The translations under genes were made by a program, and so were the position numbers. From Limnothrix sp. BL-A-16 (GTDB lineage Bacteria; Cyanobacteriota; Cyanobacteriia; CACIAM-69d), in assembly GCA_041937175.2 (NCBI GenBank), contig CP166615.1:128001-192000 (forward strand): DNA of 64,000 bases, written 5' to 3'. Below the pieces are notes generated by a model. That model was not told the DNA's origin. It worked only from the letters and a program-made list of their open reading frames with translations, and did not search any database. Shown here in pieces: positions 31,527 through 40,255 of the stretch (the stretch's first letter is position 1; the number at the start of each line of letters is the position of its first letter).

Positions 31527-32483
31527 ATGAGCGCTGTCAATCCCCAACTTCGCCCCCTAGAACTTAAAGAATTGTCCCAGGAATCTTCTGTGGTGCCTCT
31601 TCATAGCCAGGCTCAGTACCCCACGACCTTGGCCCTCAGCGACATACAGCTTCCAAGCAGCCAGCCAAGACGGTACTTTGACCCAATCGCCCTCCATAGC
31701 CTTGCTCAATCGATTGCCCAATATGGAATTTTGGAGCCGCTGTTAGTTCGCCCCATTGATGAGCGGCGCTATGAATTAGTGGCTGGTGAGCGGCGATATC
31801 GCGCGGCCCAAAAGGTTGGCTTATCGCAAGTACCTGTAATTATTCGGGCTTTAAGCGATCGGGAAGCCCTGCGAATTGCCCTTCTGGAGAATTTGCAGCG
31901 TGAAGATCTCAACCCGATCGAGGAAACCGAAAGTATTTTAAAATTGCTGTCCCTGGAGCTTCAGCAACCTGCTGAGTCGATCATTTTGCTGTTGCACCGC
32001 TTGCGAAACCAAGCCAAGGGCAAAAAAACTCATAACGTTATGGGTAATGCAGAACGAGAGACGATTCGCGCCATTTTCCAGTCGATCGGAACCATGACTT
32101 GGGAGTCCTTTGTCAGTAATCGTCTGCCCCTGCTGAAGCTGCCAGAAGCTATCCTCAATGCATTGCGCCAAGGTCAGTTGTCCTACACCAAAGCTTTGGC
32201 CATTTCCAGAGTTCGGCAACCCAATCAGCAAAATCATCTACTACAGGAAGTAATTTCACGAGATTTATCACTCTCCGAAATTCGTAAACAGGTGGCCAGC
32301 CTTAACAGTCCTGAAGCGACTCCCAACTTACCCAGTTCTCTGCGAGATCGTTGGAGTTATACCTATCGTCGGTTGCAGCAGTCGGGAGTTTTGAATGATC
32401 CCCTAAAACGGCAGAGGGTAGAATCCTTGATGGCTGAATTAATCACCATTGCAGAGTCAGATGAATCTCAAGAGATTGAGTGA
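31527..32483 (+). CDS. ParB/RepB/Spo0J-family CTPase with HTH (orphan; no parA)
   Basis: QPRRYF, GILEPLLVRP, LVAGERRYRAA (GxxRxxA CTP motif), ENLQREDLNPIEE. Confidence 0.92.
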   Translation: MSAVNPQLRPLELKELSQESSVVPLHSQAQYPTTLALSDIQLPSSQPRRYFDPIALHSLAQSIAQYGILEPLLVRPIDERRYELVAGERRYRAAQKVGLSQVPVIIRALSDREALRIALLENLQREDLNPIEETESILKLLSLELQQPAESIILLLHRLRNQAKGKKTHNVMGNAERETIRAIFQSIGTMTWESFVSNRLPLLKLPEAILNALRQGQLSYTKALAISRVRQPNQQNHLLQEVISRDLSLSEIRKQVASLNSPEATPNLPSSLRDRWSYTYRRLQQSGVLNDPLKRQRVESLMAELITIAESDESQEIE

Positions 32484-32489
32484 TAGTTT

Positions 32490-32532
32490 ACCGACAAACC
32501 GTTTTTTTGTCCATAAACTACGGTTTGTCGGT
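32490..32532. repeat. Perfect 13-bp inverted repeat directly after parB-like gene
   Basis: ACCGACAAACCGT-N17-ACGGTTTGTCGGT; each arm resembles the left part of the 26-bp motif. Confidence 0.75.
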
Positions 32533-32769
32533 CGATTTAGTCAAGATTAATGAATGAACTATCTAAAGCCCTGCTTAAGGTGCTTTGATCTGATCTCTGA
32601 ATGATTTTCTGGGTGCAGTTAGGTGCTCTACTAAATGATTGAATGCCTGAAAAAATTCTGCCTTGTAATGATCATGAAATTTTAAGTTGTTGTTCTCAAG
32701 AACCATAGAAATTTCATGACGATTAAATCTCTTCGCTTCTAACGGTTTTTCTTAAAACCGTAGCTAACC

Positions 32770-34551
32770 ATGTCTATTGCGCTTACTCTTGGTGTTTTGG
32801 CGATCACATTCTTCCTATTTATTGTGGAATGGTTGCCCGTTGATATCACAGCGATTGGAATTGCTGTTTTGCTAATTCTTCTGGGACTCATTACTCCCGA
32901 GGAGGGAATTGCTGGATTTAGTAATTCAGCAACGATCACGGTTATGGCAATGTTTGTGCTGAGTGCCGCGATCGAGCGTACAGGCGCGATTCAAGTTGTT
33001 AGTGAATTTCTGCAACAAAAAGGTGGCAAGAATCCAACTCGCCAAATTTTTGTACTGGGGTCAATTGTGGGGCCGATTACAGCATTTTTGAATAACACAG
33101 CCGTGGTGGCGGTGTTTATTCCCATTGTGGAAAATTGGTGCCGAAAACAGAATATCTCTACCTCGAAGCTATTAATTCCGCTGTCCTATGCCACTGTGCT
33201 TGGGGGCACCATCACAGTCATTGGCACTTCAACCAATGTGGTAGCTAGTGGACTATCTAAGCAACTGGGCTATGGAGAATTTGGCCTATTCGAGTTTGCA
33301 CCCATGGGCCTCATTGTCTTTGTGATTGGCCTGTGCTACTTGGCCCTGGCAGCCCCCAATCTTCTGCCCGATCGACGCAAGCCCGGTGAAATCTCAACCG
33401 TTGAAACTTATGGGCTGCGTGATTATTTCAGCGAAATTATTGTGACCCATCAATCATCTTTGATTGGAAAATCATTGCCAGCCAGTGACTTCCATCATCG
33501 ATATGATCTTGATGTTTTGGAAGTGATTCGTGATGGCATTATTTATAGACCTACAAGCCATGACTGGTTGCTAATGGCAGGGGATATCTTACTGGTTCGC
33601 TGCAACCGCGATCGCCTGCTGACCCTGAAAGATGAACGGGGGCTAGAAATCCTACCCGATGCCAAATTTTCCCTAGAATCTAACGAGCGATCGATTGCGG
33701 AAGCCTTAATTATTTCAAACTCTAGTCTCATCGGTTCTAGCTTACAAGAACTGCGATTTCGGCAACGATATAACTCCACGGTTTTAGCCATTCGCCGTGG
33801 CCAAGATTGCTTGTGCGAACGGTTGCGGGATGTTCGTTTGCGATTTGGTGATGTTCTATTGGTGCAAGGGCCGCATGACAGTTTACGCGGCCTGCAATCC
33901 AGCCCCGAATTATTAGTGGTGGAACCGCGAGAACTGGAACCCTTAAAGCGAGACAAGGCTGGTTTGGCCCTGACGATCGCCCTAGGAACCGTGCTGGCTG
34001 CTGCCACGGAAACGGTTCCCATTTTGGTTAGCGCTCTGGCCGGTGTCGTCTTGGTAATTGCGACGGGAATTTTGCGACCCCGAGAAATTTACCGAGTCAT
34101 TCGCTGGGATATTATCTTTCTTCTGGCGGGCCTGATGCCCCTAGGAACCGCTATGGAAAAGTCAGGGGCTACCGACTGGTTAGCATCACAATTAACGCAA
34201 GTGGGAGGACATCTTTCGGGCTTTTGGCTGTTAGTTCTGTTCTATGGTGTGACAACCCTATTGACTGAAGCCCTGTCGAATAATGCGGCGGTTTTATTGA
34301 TGCTGCCCATTGCGGTGAAGGTGGCGGAAACCTTGGAATTCTATACTTTACCGTTCATGCTGGTAGTGATGTTTGCAGCTTCAAATAGCTACCTAACCCC
34401 GATCGGCTACCAAACCAATACAATGGTTTATGGGCCAGGAGGCTACAAATTTCTAGACTTCACCAGGGTGGGAATTCCATTGAACTTAATTCTGACCTTC
34501 CTTGTGCCGCTGATGTCAATTTGGTTTTATGGACTAAACTTAAGTCATTAA
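32770..34551 (+). CDS. SLC13/DASS-family transporter with two TrkA-C domains (probable sulfate/anion permease)
   Basis: AFLNNTAVVA, GGTITVIGTSTN, two RCK-C repeats (SSLIGKSL / SSLIGSSL), SNNAA, PIGYQTNTMVYGPGGYKFLDF. Confidence 0.9.
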   Translation: MSIALTLGVLAITFFLFIVEWLPVDITAIGIAVLLILLGLITPEEGIAGFSNSATITVMAMFVLSAAIERTGAIQVVSEFLQQKGGKNPTRQIFVLGSIVGPITAFLNNTAVVAVFIPIVENWCRKQNISTSKLLIPLSYATVLGGTITVIGTSTNVVASGLSKQLGYGEFGLFEFAPMGLIVFVIGLCYLALAAPNLLPDRRKPGEISTVETYGLRDYFSEIIVTHQSSLIGKSLPASDFHHRYDLDVLEVIRDGIIYRPTSHDWLLMAGDILLVRCNRDRLLTLKDERGLEILPDAKFSLESNERSIAEALIISNSSLIGSSLQELRFRQRYNSTVLAIRRGQDCLCERLRDVRLRFGDVLLVQGPHDSLRGLQSSPELLVVEPRELEPLKRDKAGLALTIALGTVLAAATETVPILVSALAGVVLVIATGILRPREIYRVIRWDIIFLLAGLMPLGTAMEKSGATDWLASQLTQVGGHLSGFWLLVLFYGVTTLLTEALSNNAAVLLMLPIAVKVAETLEFYTLPFMLVVMFAASNSYLTPIGYQTNTMVYGPGGYKFLDFTRVGIPLNLILTFLVPLMSIWFYGLNLSH

Positions 34552-34652
34552 AAAATGACCTTGATTCTTGCTGAAAAAACGACGTTGGCTAAATTTTCAT
34601 CAAGCAAGGCCAAGTTATTGTGCTTCTCTACCGCAATCATTTGATCACAACT

Positions 34653-35195
34653 ATGGAATCCATGACTTCCCAACCTTCACCCACCCATCCGTTACCCATT
34701 GACGAATCCCTTGAAATAGCTATGAATACAGCAGACGCGACCAACAGGGCAACCAATCAGGATGCCCAATCGGTTGCTCAGTTCCAGCAAGAAATCGAAG
34801 CGACAGAATCCCAAACGCTGGGATTCAAACTCTTGAAAAAATTGAAGGGTGGGCTGCTGGTTGTTGTGGGCTATCTGCTCTCGCCACTGTGCTGGTGGAA
34901 TGATTTGATTTTTAATCTGCCGATCGCCTACGCCTTTGGTGCGCTTTGCAACTGGCTAATTCCACACAGTTTTTTCGGGGGAGCGATCGTGGGCTATTGG
35001 CTCTCGAATGTGGTGGGAATTCTGATGATGCAATTTGGGGCAACGGAAATGGTTCAAAAAGAAGACCAAAATAAAAGCTTCCGGAAAACTCTGGTCACAG
35101 GACTGCTGTCCTCTACGGCCTATACAATTTTGGTGGTGGCGTTAGTGCAGTTTGGAATCCTAACCTTGCCGGATGGTTTGAGCTTTCAAGAGTAG
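34653..35195 (+). CDS. Hypothetical membrane protein
   Basis: GYLLSPLCWWNDLIFNLPIAY, several TM segments, follows the transporter. Confidence 0.7.
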   Translation: MESMTSQPSPTHPLPIDESLEIAMNTADATNRATNQDAQSVAQFQQEIEATESQTLGFKLLKKLKGGLLVVVGYLLSPLCWWNDLIFNLPIAYAFGALCNWLIPHSFFGGAIVGYWLSNVVGILMMQFGATEMVQKEDQNKSFRKTLVTGLLSSTAYTILVVALVQFGILTLPDGLSFQE

Positions 35196-35206
35196 CAATC
35201 CCTCTC

Positions 35207-36043
35207 TCAGCGATTCATGGTGGAATTTGTGGTCTTGGACGGAGATTCTAGGTTAAATAGCTTTAATCCTTCGCTACCAATGATGGTCGGTAATTGACCA
35301 TTCCACCGCTCGATCGCCTGACGTTGAATTAACTCTGGGGTCAGGTGTTCTTTGAGAAGTCGTTGTGCTTCGGCTTCACCCCTGGCCCAGTTAACTCTTG
35401 CTTCGGCTTCTCGGGCGGCTTTCAGGGTCAAAAATTCCGCTCGCTTGGCTTCCTGTTCCGCAATTTGCTTGGCTTCAACGGCTTCGCTGAACCGATCGGA
35501 AAAATTGACATGAACCAGCGAAATATCATCAACAAAAATATGATATCCCCGTAGCCGATTGCTCAATAGTTGGTCTACGGCCCCTTTCACTTCTTCCCGG
35601 CGGGTGATAATTTCTTCCGCTGTGTATTTAGCCATAACGGCTTTTAAAACTTCCTCAACGGCAGGATCAATGGCTCGATCGACCACAGCCAGTTCATCGC
35701 CCAATTCTTGAAAGGCTAAGTTCACTTCATCAGGAATAAGATGCCAATTTAAGACCACATCGGTCTCAATTTCTTGTAAATCCTTCGAGGATGCTTCGGC
35801 TGAAATTTCACGTTTTTGAACGCGAACGGTTAATTTTTTAACAGCTTCTGCGATCGGGATGATCGGATGTAGACCTTCATTGAAAATTTGAGGTTGCACT
35901 TGACCAAAACGGAGCACCACGCCTCGCTCCCCGGCTGAGATAATGACTAATGGTTGTAAGATAATTAGGGTTAACAAAATAGCTGCCAACGGTCGAATAA
36001 TTTTTAATTGAAAAATATGCTTCAGGGAACTAATGAAAATCAT
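35207..36043 (-). CDS. SPFH/prohibitin (band 7) family protein
   Basis: N-terminal TM, GERGVVLRFG, SKDLQ, AVEAKQIAEQEA coiled coil. Confidence 0.9.
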   Translation of the reverse strand: MIFISSLKHIFQLKIIRPLAAILLTLIILQPLVIISAGERGVVLRFGQVQPQIFNEGLHPIIPIAEAVKKLTVRVQKREISAEASSKDLQEIETDVVLNWHLIPDEVNLAFQELGDELAVVDRAIDPAVEEVLKAVMAKYTAEEIITRREEVKGAVDQLLSNRLRGYHIFVDDISLVHVNFSDRFSEAVEAKQIAEQEAKRAEFLTLKAAREAEARVNWARGEAEAQRLLKEHLTPELIQRQAIERWNGQLPTIIGSEGLKLFNLESPSKTTNSTMNR

Positions 36044-36150
36044 TAATTGTGACTAAGATCGTGATTTTTCTGAGGGCTTTTTTATTTTAACCCTGATCTT
36101 GGAAGTTCCTGAATTTGAAAATCTATCTGAGTAACGACTTGCTTACCTAA

Positions 36151-36281
36151 GAGGATGTCTGAAAAGCCAAAATTGCTACGCTGTACGCCCCAGAGATCGA
36201 TGTAGACAAGGGGCTTAAGCCCCTTGTTCCTACGACAATTAGTCTTTAGCCCGTACTGAAAGATACTTCTCAGACATCCTC
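36151..36281 (-). mobile_element. MITE, end-type A, complete (131 bp)
   Basis: TIR GAGGATGTCTGA / TCAGACATCCTC, TAA target duplication (36148-50, 36282-84), central hairpin at 36207-36226. Confidence 0.9.
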
Positions 36282-36287
36282 TAAGGG

Positions 36288-38018
36288 CTAAATACCATGG
36301 CTTTTACCAATGACCCAATGGCGACGAAAAAAACGCGCCAAACTCGATTCATCGAGGGGTAAATAAATCGGTCGCCCATGGGGACAGGTGCGAGGATTGT
36401 GGGTACGTTGCCATCGATCGAGCAAATCTTGCATTTCCACAAGCGTCAGGGGTGTGCCGTTGCGGATGGCGGTGCGGCAGGCGACGGCCACTTGGGCCGC
36501 TTCCAAGTTGTTGCTGTGGGCCAGCTCGCCCAAGGCGGCGGCCAAGTCAGGGCGATCGAGCAAGGGATCCGGGGCGCTGCGCACAATCCAGCAGCGATCG
36601 CCAAAGGGTTCAATTTCAATGCCCAAGTTCACCAGTCCCTCCCGTTCCGCCTCGCTCAGCTCATTCAGGACGATCGGTTGCGTCAGGGCGGAAATTTGCC
36701 AACGATCGCGCAAATATTCAAACAAAACCCGCTCATGGGCAATGTGCTGCTCCACTAGCCATAGACCGCCGGGATGCTCCGCCACAATGTAGGTGTTGTG
36801 AACTTGGGCGATCGCCCGCAGTTGTCCCCCCAAGGGATCGTCAAGGGGTTCGGGCGATCGGGACTGCCCCAGGGCTTGGGGATCATCGGGCGACGCGTTG
36901 GGATCGGCGGCGGTGCGCACACGATAGGTCGATCGCCCTTCGGCGGCCCGAATGAGCTTGGCCGTTCGCCCGATCGCGTAGGTGTTTGTTTGGGGTTCGT
37001 CGATCGCCTCGCGAAAGGAAAGGGCCTGTTGGAGCGCCGCCTGTACTTGGACTTGCCAATGGTCGATCGACTGGAGATAAAGCTTGTGTTTGTCGGGAGT
37101 GCGATTCCAGTCAATGCATTGGGGCGGTAACCGGAGATGCACCAGGGCGATCGGGTGGCGGCCGCGCGGCAGGGTGCGCCCCAAAGTCGCAAAAATTGTG
37201 TTTTCTAGTTCCGGCACTTCTGCCATTCGCCCGTTCACGGCAATCCGCACCCAGTCAGGGCGGGCCCGATGGATCCGATCGGGCAGACCCAAGGTGACGG
37301 TAATTTGGGCGGATCCTTCCTGGTCGTCGGGCAAGGGAGCGATCCACTGCACCTCCCGCAAATCGCCCGATCTCACCGGTTTCAAGATTTGGGGCAACAG
37401 GTGACGAGCCGAATCCCCCGGCGACAGGGCAAACCAGAGCCGATCGTTGCGATAGACCGTCCAGGCCATGGCGGGATGGCAAAGGGCCGCTTGCTGAATC
37501 ACCTGCTGAATCGATCGCAGTTGTTGAGCCAAAGACGGCAAACTATCGCGCCGCGACGGCCAAGCCTCAAACAAATCCTCCACCAAAACAATGGTTCCCG
37601 GCGCGATCGGGGCCGCTTCACAGCTCACAGCCTGGCCCGTGGCATCATACACCGCTCGCCAACCCTCTCCGCCAACCGGCCGGCTGCTGAGGCTCAGGCG
37701 ACTCAGTTGGGCCAAGCTGTGCAATGCTTCTCCCCGAAATCCCAGGCTGCGGATGTTGAACAAATCGGGGCGATCATGAATTTTGCTGGTGCTGTGGGGA
37801 GCGGCAGCCCGCAACAGATCCGCTCGGCCCATGCCGCAGCCGTTGTCCGTGAGCCGAATTTGGCCCCGATCGAGCCAGAGGGACAGGGCCAGCCGCGTGG
37901 CTCCCGCATCGATCGCGTTGTCCACCAACTCGCGCACCACCGCCGCCGGAGAGTCAATCACCTCCCCCGCCGCAATTAAATTCACCACCTCGATCGGCAG
38001 CGGTTGAATGGATCTCAT
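36288..38018 (-). CDS. mutL: DNA mismatch repair endonuclease MutL
   Basis: IAAGEVI, ELVDNAIDAGA, DNGCGM, TSKI, LGFRGEAL, EQHIAHER, CPHGRP. Confidence 0.96.
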   Translation of the reverse strand: MRSIQPLPIEVVNLIAAGEVIDSPAAVVRELVDNAIDAGATRLALSLWLDRGQIRLTDNGCGMGRADLLRAAAPHSTSKIHDRPDLFNIRSLGFRGEALHSLAQLSRLSLSSRPVGGEGWRAVYDATGQAVSCEAAPIAPGTIVLVEDLFEAWPSRRDSLPSLAQQLRSIQQVIQQAALCHPAMAWTVYRNDRLWFALSPGDSARHLLPQILKPVRSGDLREVQWIAPLPDDQEGSAQITVTLGLPDRIHRARPDWVRIAVNGRMAEVPELENTIFATLGRTLPRGRHPIALVHLRLPPQCIDWNRTPDKHKLYLQSIDHWQVQVQAALQQALSFREAIDEPQTNTYAIGRTAKLIRAAEGRSTYRVRTAADPNASPDDPQALGQSRSPEPLDDPLGGQLRAIAQVHNTYIVAEHPGGLWLVEQHIAHERVLFEYLRDRWQISALTQPIVLNELSEAEREGLVNLGIEIEPFGDRCWIVRSAPDPLLDRPDLAAALGELAHSNNLEAAQVAVACRTAIRNGTPLTLVEMQDLLDRWQRTHNPRTCPHGRPIYLPLDESSLARFFRRHWVIGKSHGI

Positions 38019-38094
38019 TCCTTCCTCAGTTGCCAGACGGCGGCGATGGCTCCTCCCGGAATCGAGAGACTGCGAAAAATCGGTTGAAAGCTAA

Positions 38095-38326
38095 AGCACT
38101 AGTGGTCGTGGGGGAAAGGGGCTTAGGGCCTGTCGTCAAATCGCCTGAAACCCTGATGCTGCCGTGAGCGGATCGTGGGGGGCAAGGGGCTTAGGGCCTG
38201 TCGTCAAATCGCCTGAAACCCTGATTCTGCCGCTAGCGGATCGTGGGGAGCAAGGGGCTTAAGCCCCTTGTCTTTGTCGGTCGGTGAGACCCGCAAGGTA
38301 GCTGTTTTGGCTGTTCAGGCATCCCC
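38095..38326 (+). mobile_element. Chimeric MITE: type A arms with two tandem 68-bp type B left arms at the hairpin centre
   Basis: GGGGCTT|AGGGCCTGTCGTCAAATC at 38125 and 38193, intact hairpin at 38251-38270, type A end TCAGGCATCCCC+TAA at 38326. Confidence 0.8.
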
Positions 38327-39201
38327 TAAGAAGGCTTTTTCTCGCTCTGGAAACGGAGCCATTCAGCCGCAAAGGCGATCGCCCCGGAACCTAACAGCAA
38401 CAGCACACTCAAGGCATTCACATCCGGCTTAACCCCCGTGCGAATTCGGCTGAAAATTTCCATTGGGAGTGTCGTTGCACCGCCACCGGCCGTGAAACTG
38501 GCAATCAAAAAGTCATCCAAACTGAGCACAAAGGCCAACAAACAGCCCGACATAATTCCCGGCACCAGTTGCGGCAACAGCACCTGAAAGAAAGATTGAA
38601 CCGGCGTTGCGCCCAAATCTTGGGCCGCTTCTTCCAAATAGGGATTGAGATCCGCCAATCGCGTGGAAACCGCCAGGGCAATATAGGCCAGGCAAAAGAC
38701 AATATGAGCCGCCACAATTGTCCAGAAGCTGAGGGGAATCGTCAGGGCTGCCAAGAACACCAATGTGGCCACCGCGATCGCAATGTCCGGCACGATCAGG
38801 GGCAAATAGGACATGCCTAGATATAGTCCCTTGCCCCAAAATCGATAGCGGGCCAAGCCAACGGCCATCGTGGTTCCCAGCACAGCCGACACCACCACAG
38901 CGCCCAGCCCTACTGCCAGGCTGGTCTGCAAGGCTCCCAAAATCCGCCCATCCCGCAGCAGCTTGGCATACCACTCCAGGGTGAACCCTGTCCAACCGGC
39001 GCTGTAGGGCGACTGATTGAAGCTATAGACCGTCAGTACCAGAATCGGCAGGTACATCAGGAAGAACATGACCGAGGTAAATGCGCCCTGCCAGGTCAGG
39101 CGAGGCTTACGCGATCGAGCCATAGCGTCTGCGAGGGCCTCCTGGGAATCCGTTGAAGCAGGATCGAGATCGAGCATGGGGCGATCGGGAAGAGCAATCA
39201 A
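38326..39201 (-). CDS. potC: Spermidine/putrescine ABC permease (start uncertain)
   Basis: VYSFN, LEEAAQDLGA EAA motif, SLDDF, TLPMEIFSRIR. Confidence 0.9.
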   Translation of the reverse strand: MIALPDRPMLDLDPASTDSQEALADAMARSRKPRLTWQGAFTSVMFFLMYLPILVLTVYSFNQSPYSAGWTGFTLEWYAKLLRDGRILGALQTSLAVGLGAVVVSAVLGTTMAVGLARYRFWGKGLYLGMSYLPLIVPDIAIAVATLVFLAALTIPLSFWTIVAAHIVFCLAYIALAVSTRLADLNPYLEEAAQDLGATPVQSFFQVLLPQLVPGIMSGCLLAFVLSLDDFLIASFTAGGGATTLPMEIFSRIRTGVKPDVNALSVLLLLGSGAIAFAAEWLRFQSEKKPS

Positions 39202-39256
39202 AGGGAATCGAGCAAAGACAAACGAACCACTGCACCATCATGCATCCCCAAACATC

Positions 39257-40150
39257 CTAGGCAGCGGGGCGGCCATCACCGTAGCGAATGAGCAACGCAA
39301 TCCCCAAACTGACAGCCAGGATCATCAGCATACTCAAAGCCGAACCAAAGCCCCAATTTTGGGTCGCACCCAGAAACTGGTTATAGATTAGCCGGGAAGC
39401 CGTCATGCTGGAGGCCCCGCCGAGCAATTCCGGGTTCACAAAGTCGCCCAAACTGGTGATCAGCACCAACAACGAACCGGCGGCAATGCCTTGTAAGCTT
39501 TGGGGAACGGTCACTTTCCAGAAGGCCTCGATCGGGGTGGCCCCCAGATCTGCCGCTGCTTCTAACAATCGGCGATCGAGCTTTTCCAGAGAAGAGTACA
39601 GAATCAGCACCATGTAGGGCAAAAAGCTGTAGGCCATCCCCAGGAGCACGGCGGGCGTTTGGTTCAAAATATCCAGACCCGGCAGCCCCACCAGTCCCAA
39701 CAGGGAGTTCAACACGCCTGTGGGTCGCAAAATCGTAATCCAAGCGTAGGAACGCAGCAGCGAAGAAGTCCACAGGGGCAGCGTAAAGGCCACCAACAGC
39801 AGGTTTTGCCACCGCTTGGGTGACATCAGCGCCAACCAGTAAGCCACCGGAAACCCCAACAGCAAACAAACCGCCGTTGTTCCGATCGCGTAGAACAGGG
39901 TGCGCCCAATCACTTGGAGATAGATGGGCTGAAACACCGTCAGGTAGTTGTCAATCCCCGAGGGGTTCACCAAGTCGCCGGGTTTGATGCCGGGAACCAG
40001 GCTGAGTTCAAAAATCACCAGCACCGGCAAAACCAACAGCAGCAACAGCCACAGGCCCGGCGGCCCCAACAGCGCCCAAGGGCCAACCCAACGGCGGGGT
40101 TTGGGGGCGGGAGCCTCAACGATCGGGTTAGCGGGGCTAGCGGGGGTCAT
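39257..40150 (-). CDS. potB: Spermidine/putrescine ABC permease
   Basis: LPLWTSSLLRSYAW, LLEAAADLGA, GDFVNPELLGG. Confidence 0.9.
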   Translation of the reverse strand: MTPASPANPIVEAPAPKPRRWVGPWALLGPPGLWLLLLLVLPVLVIFELSLVPGIKPGDLVNPSGIDNYLTVFQPIYLQVIGRTLFYAIGTTAVCLLLGFPVAYWLALMSPKRWQNLLLVAFTLPLWTSSLLRSYAWITILRPTGVLNSLLGLVGLPGLDILNQTPAVLLGMAYSFLPYMVLILYSSLEKLDRRLLEAAADLGATPIEAFWKVTVPQSLQGIAAGSLLVLITSLGDFVNPELLGGASSMTASRLIYNQFLGATQNWGFGSALSMLMILAVSLGIALLIRYGDGRPAA

Positions 40151-40255
40151 AGGGCTTGTGAGGGCTAATCAGCAAAAATAGTTCAAGGGTTAGGGCAGTT
40201 GGCGTGAACAGCTTCAATTAACATTCAATTAACAGTCATTAAGGCTTGCTCGGCC

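Noticed and set aside
32672..32719. 11-bp inverted repeat TCATGAAATTT / AAATTTCATGA upstream of the SLC13 gene
   Set aside because: It is AT-rich, has a 26-nt spacer and occurs once, so it could be chance
21800..36281. Island as an integrated plasmid or prophage because of parB
   Set aside because: No parA, rep, integrase, conjugation or phage genes, and no flanking direct repeats were found
38095..38270. Regularly spaced palindromic repeats resembling a CRISPR array
   Set aside because: The would-be spacers are near-identical MITE arms, there are only 2-3 units, and no cas genes are present
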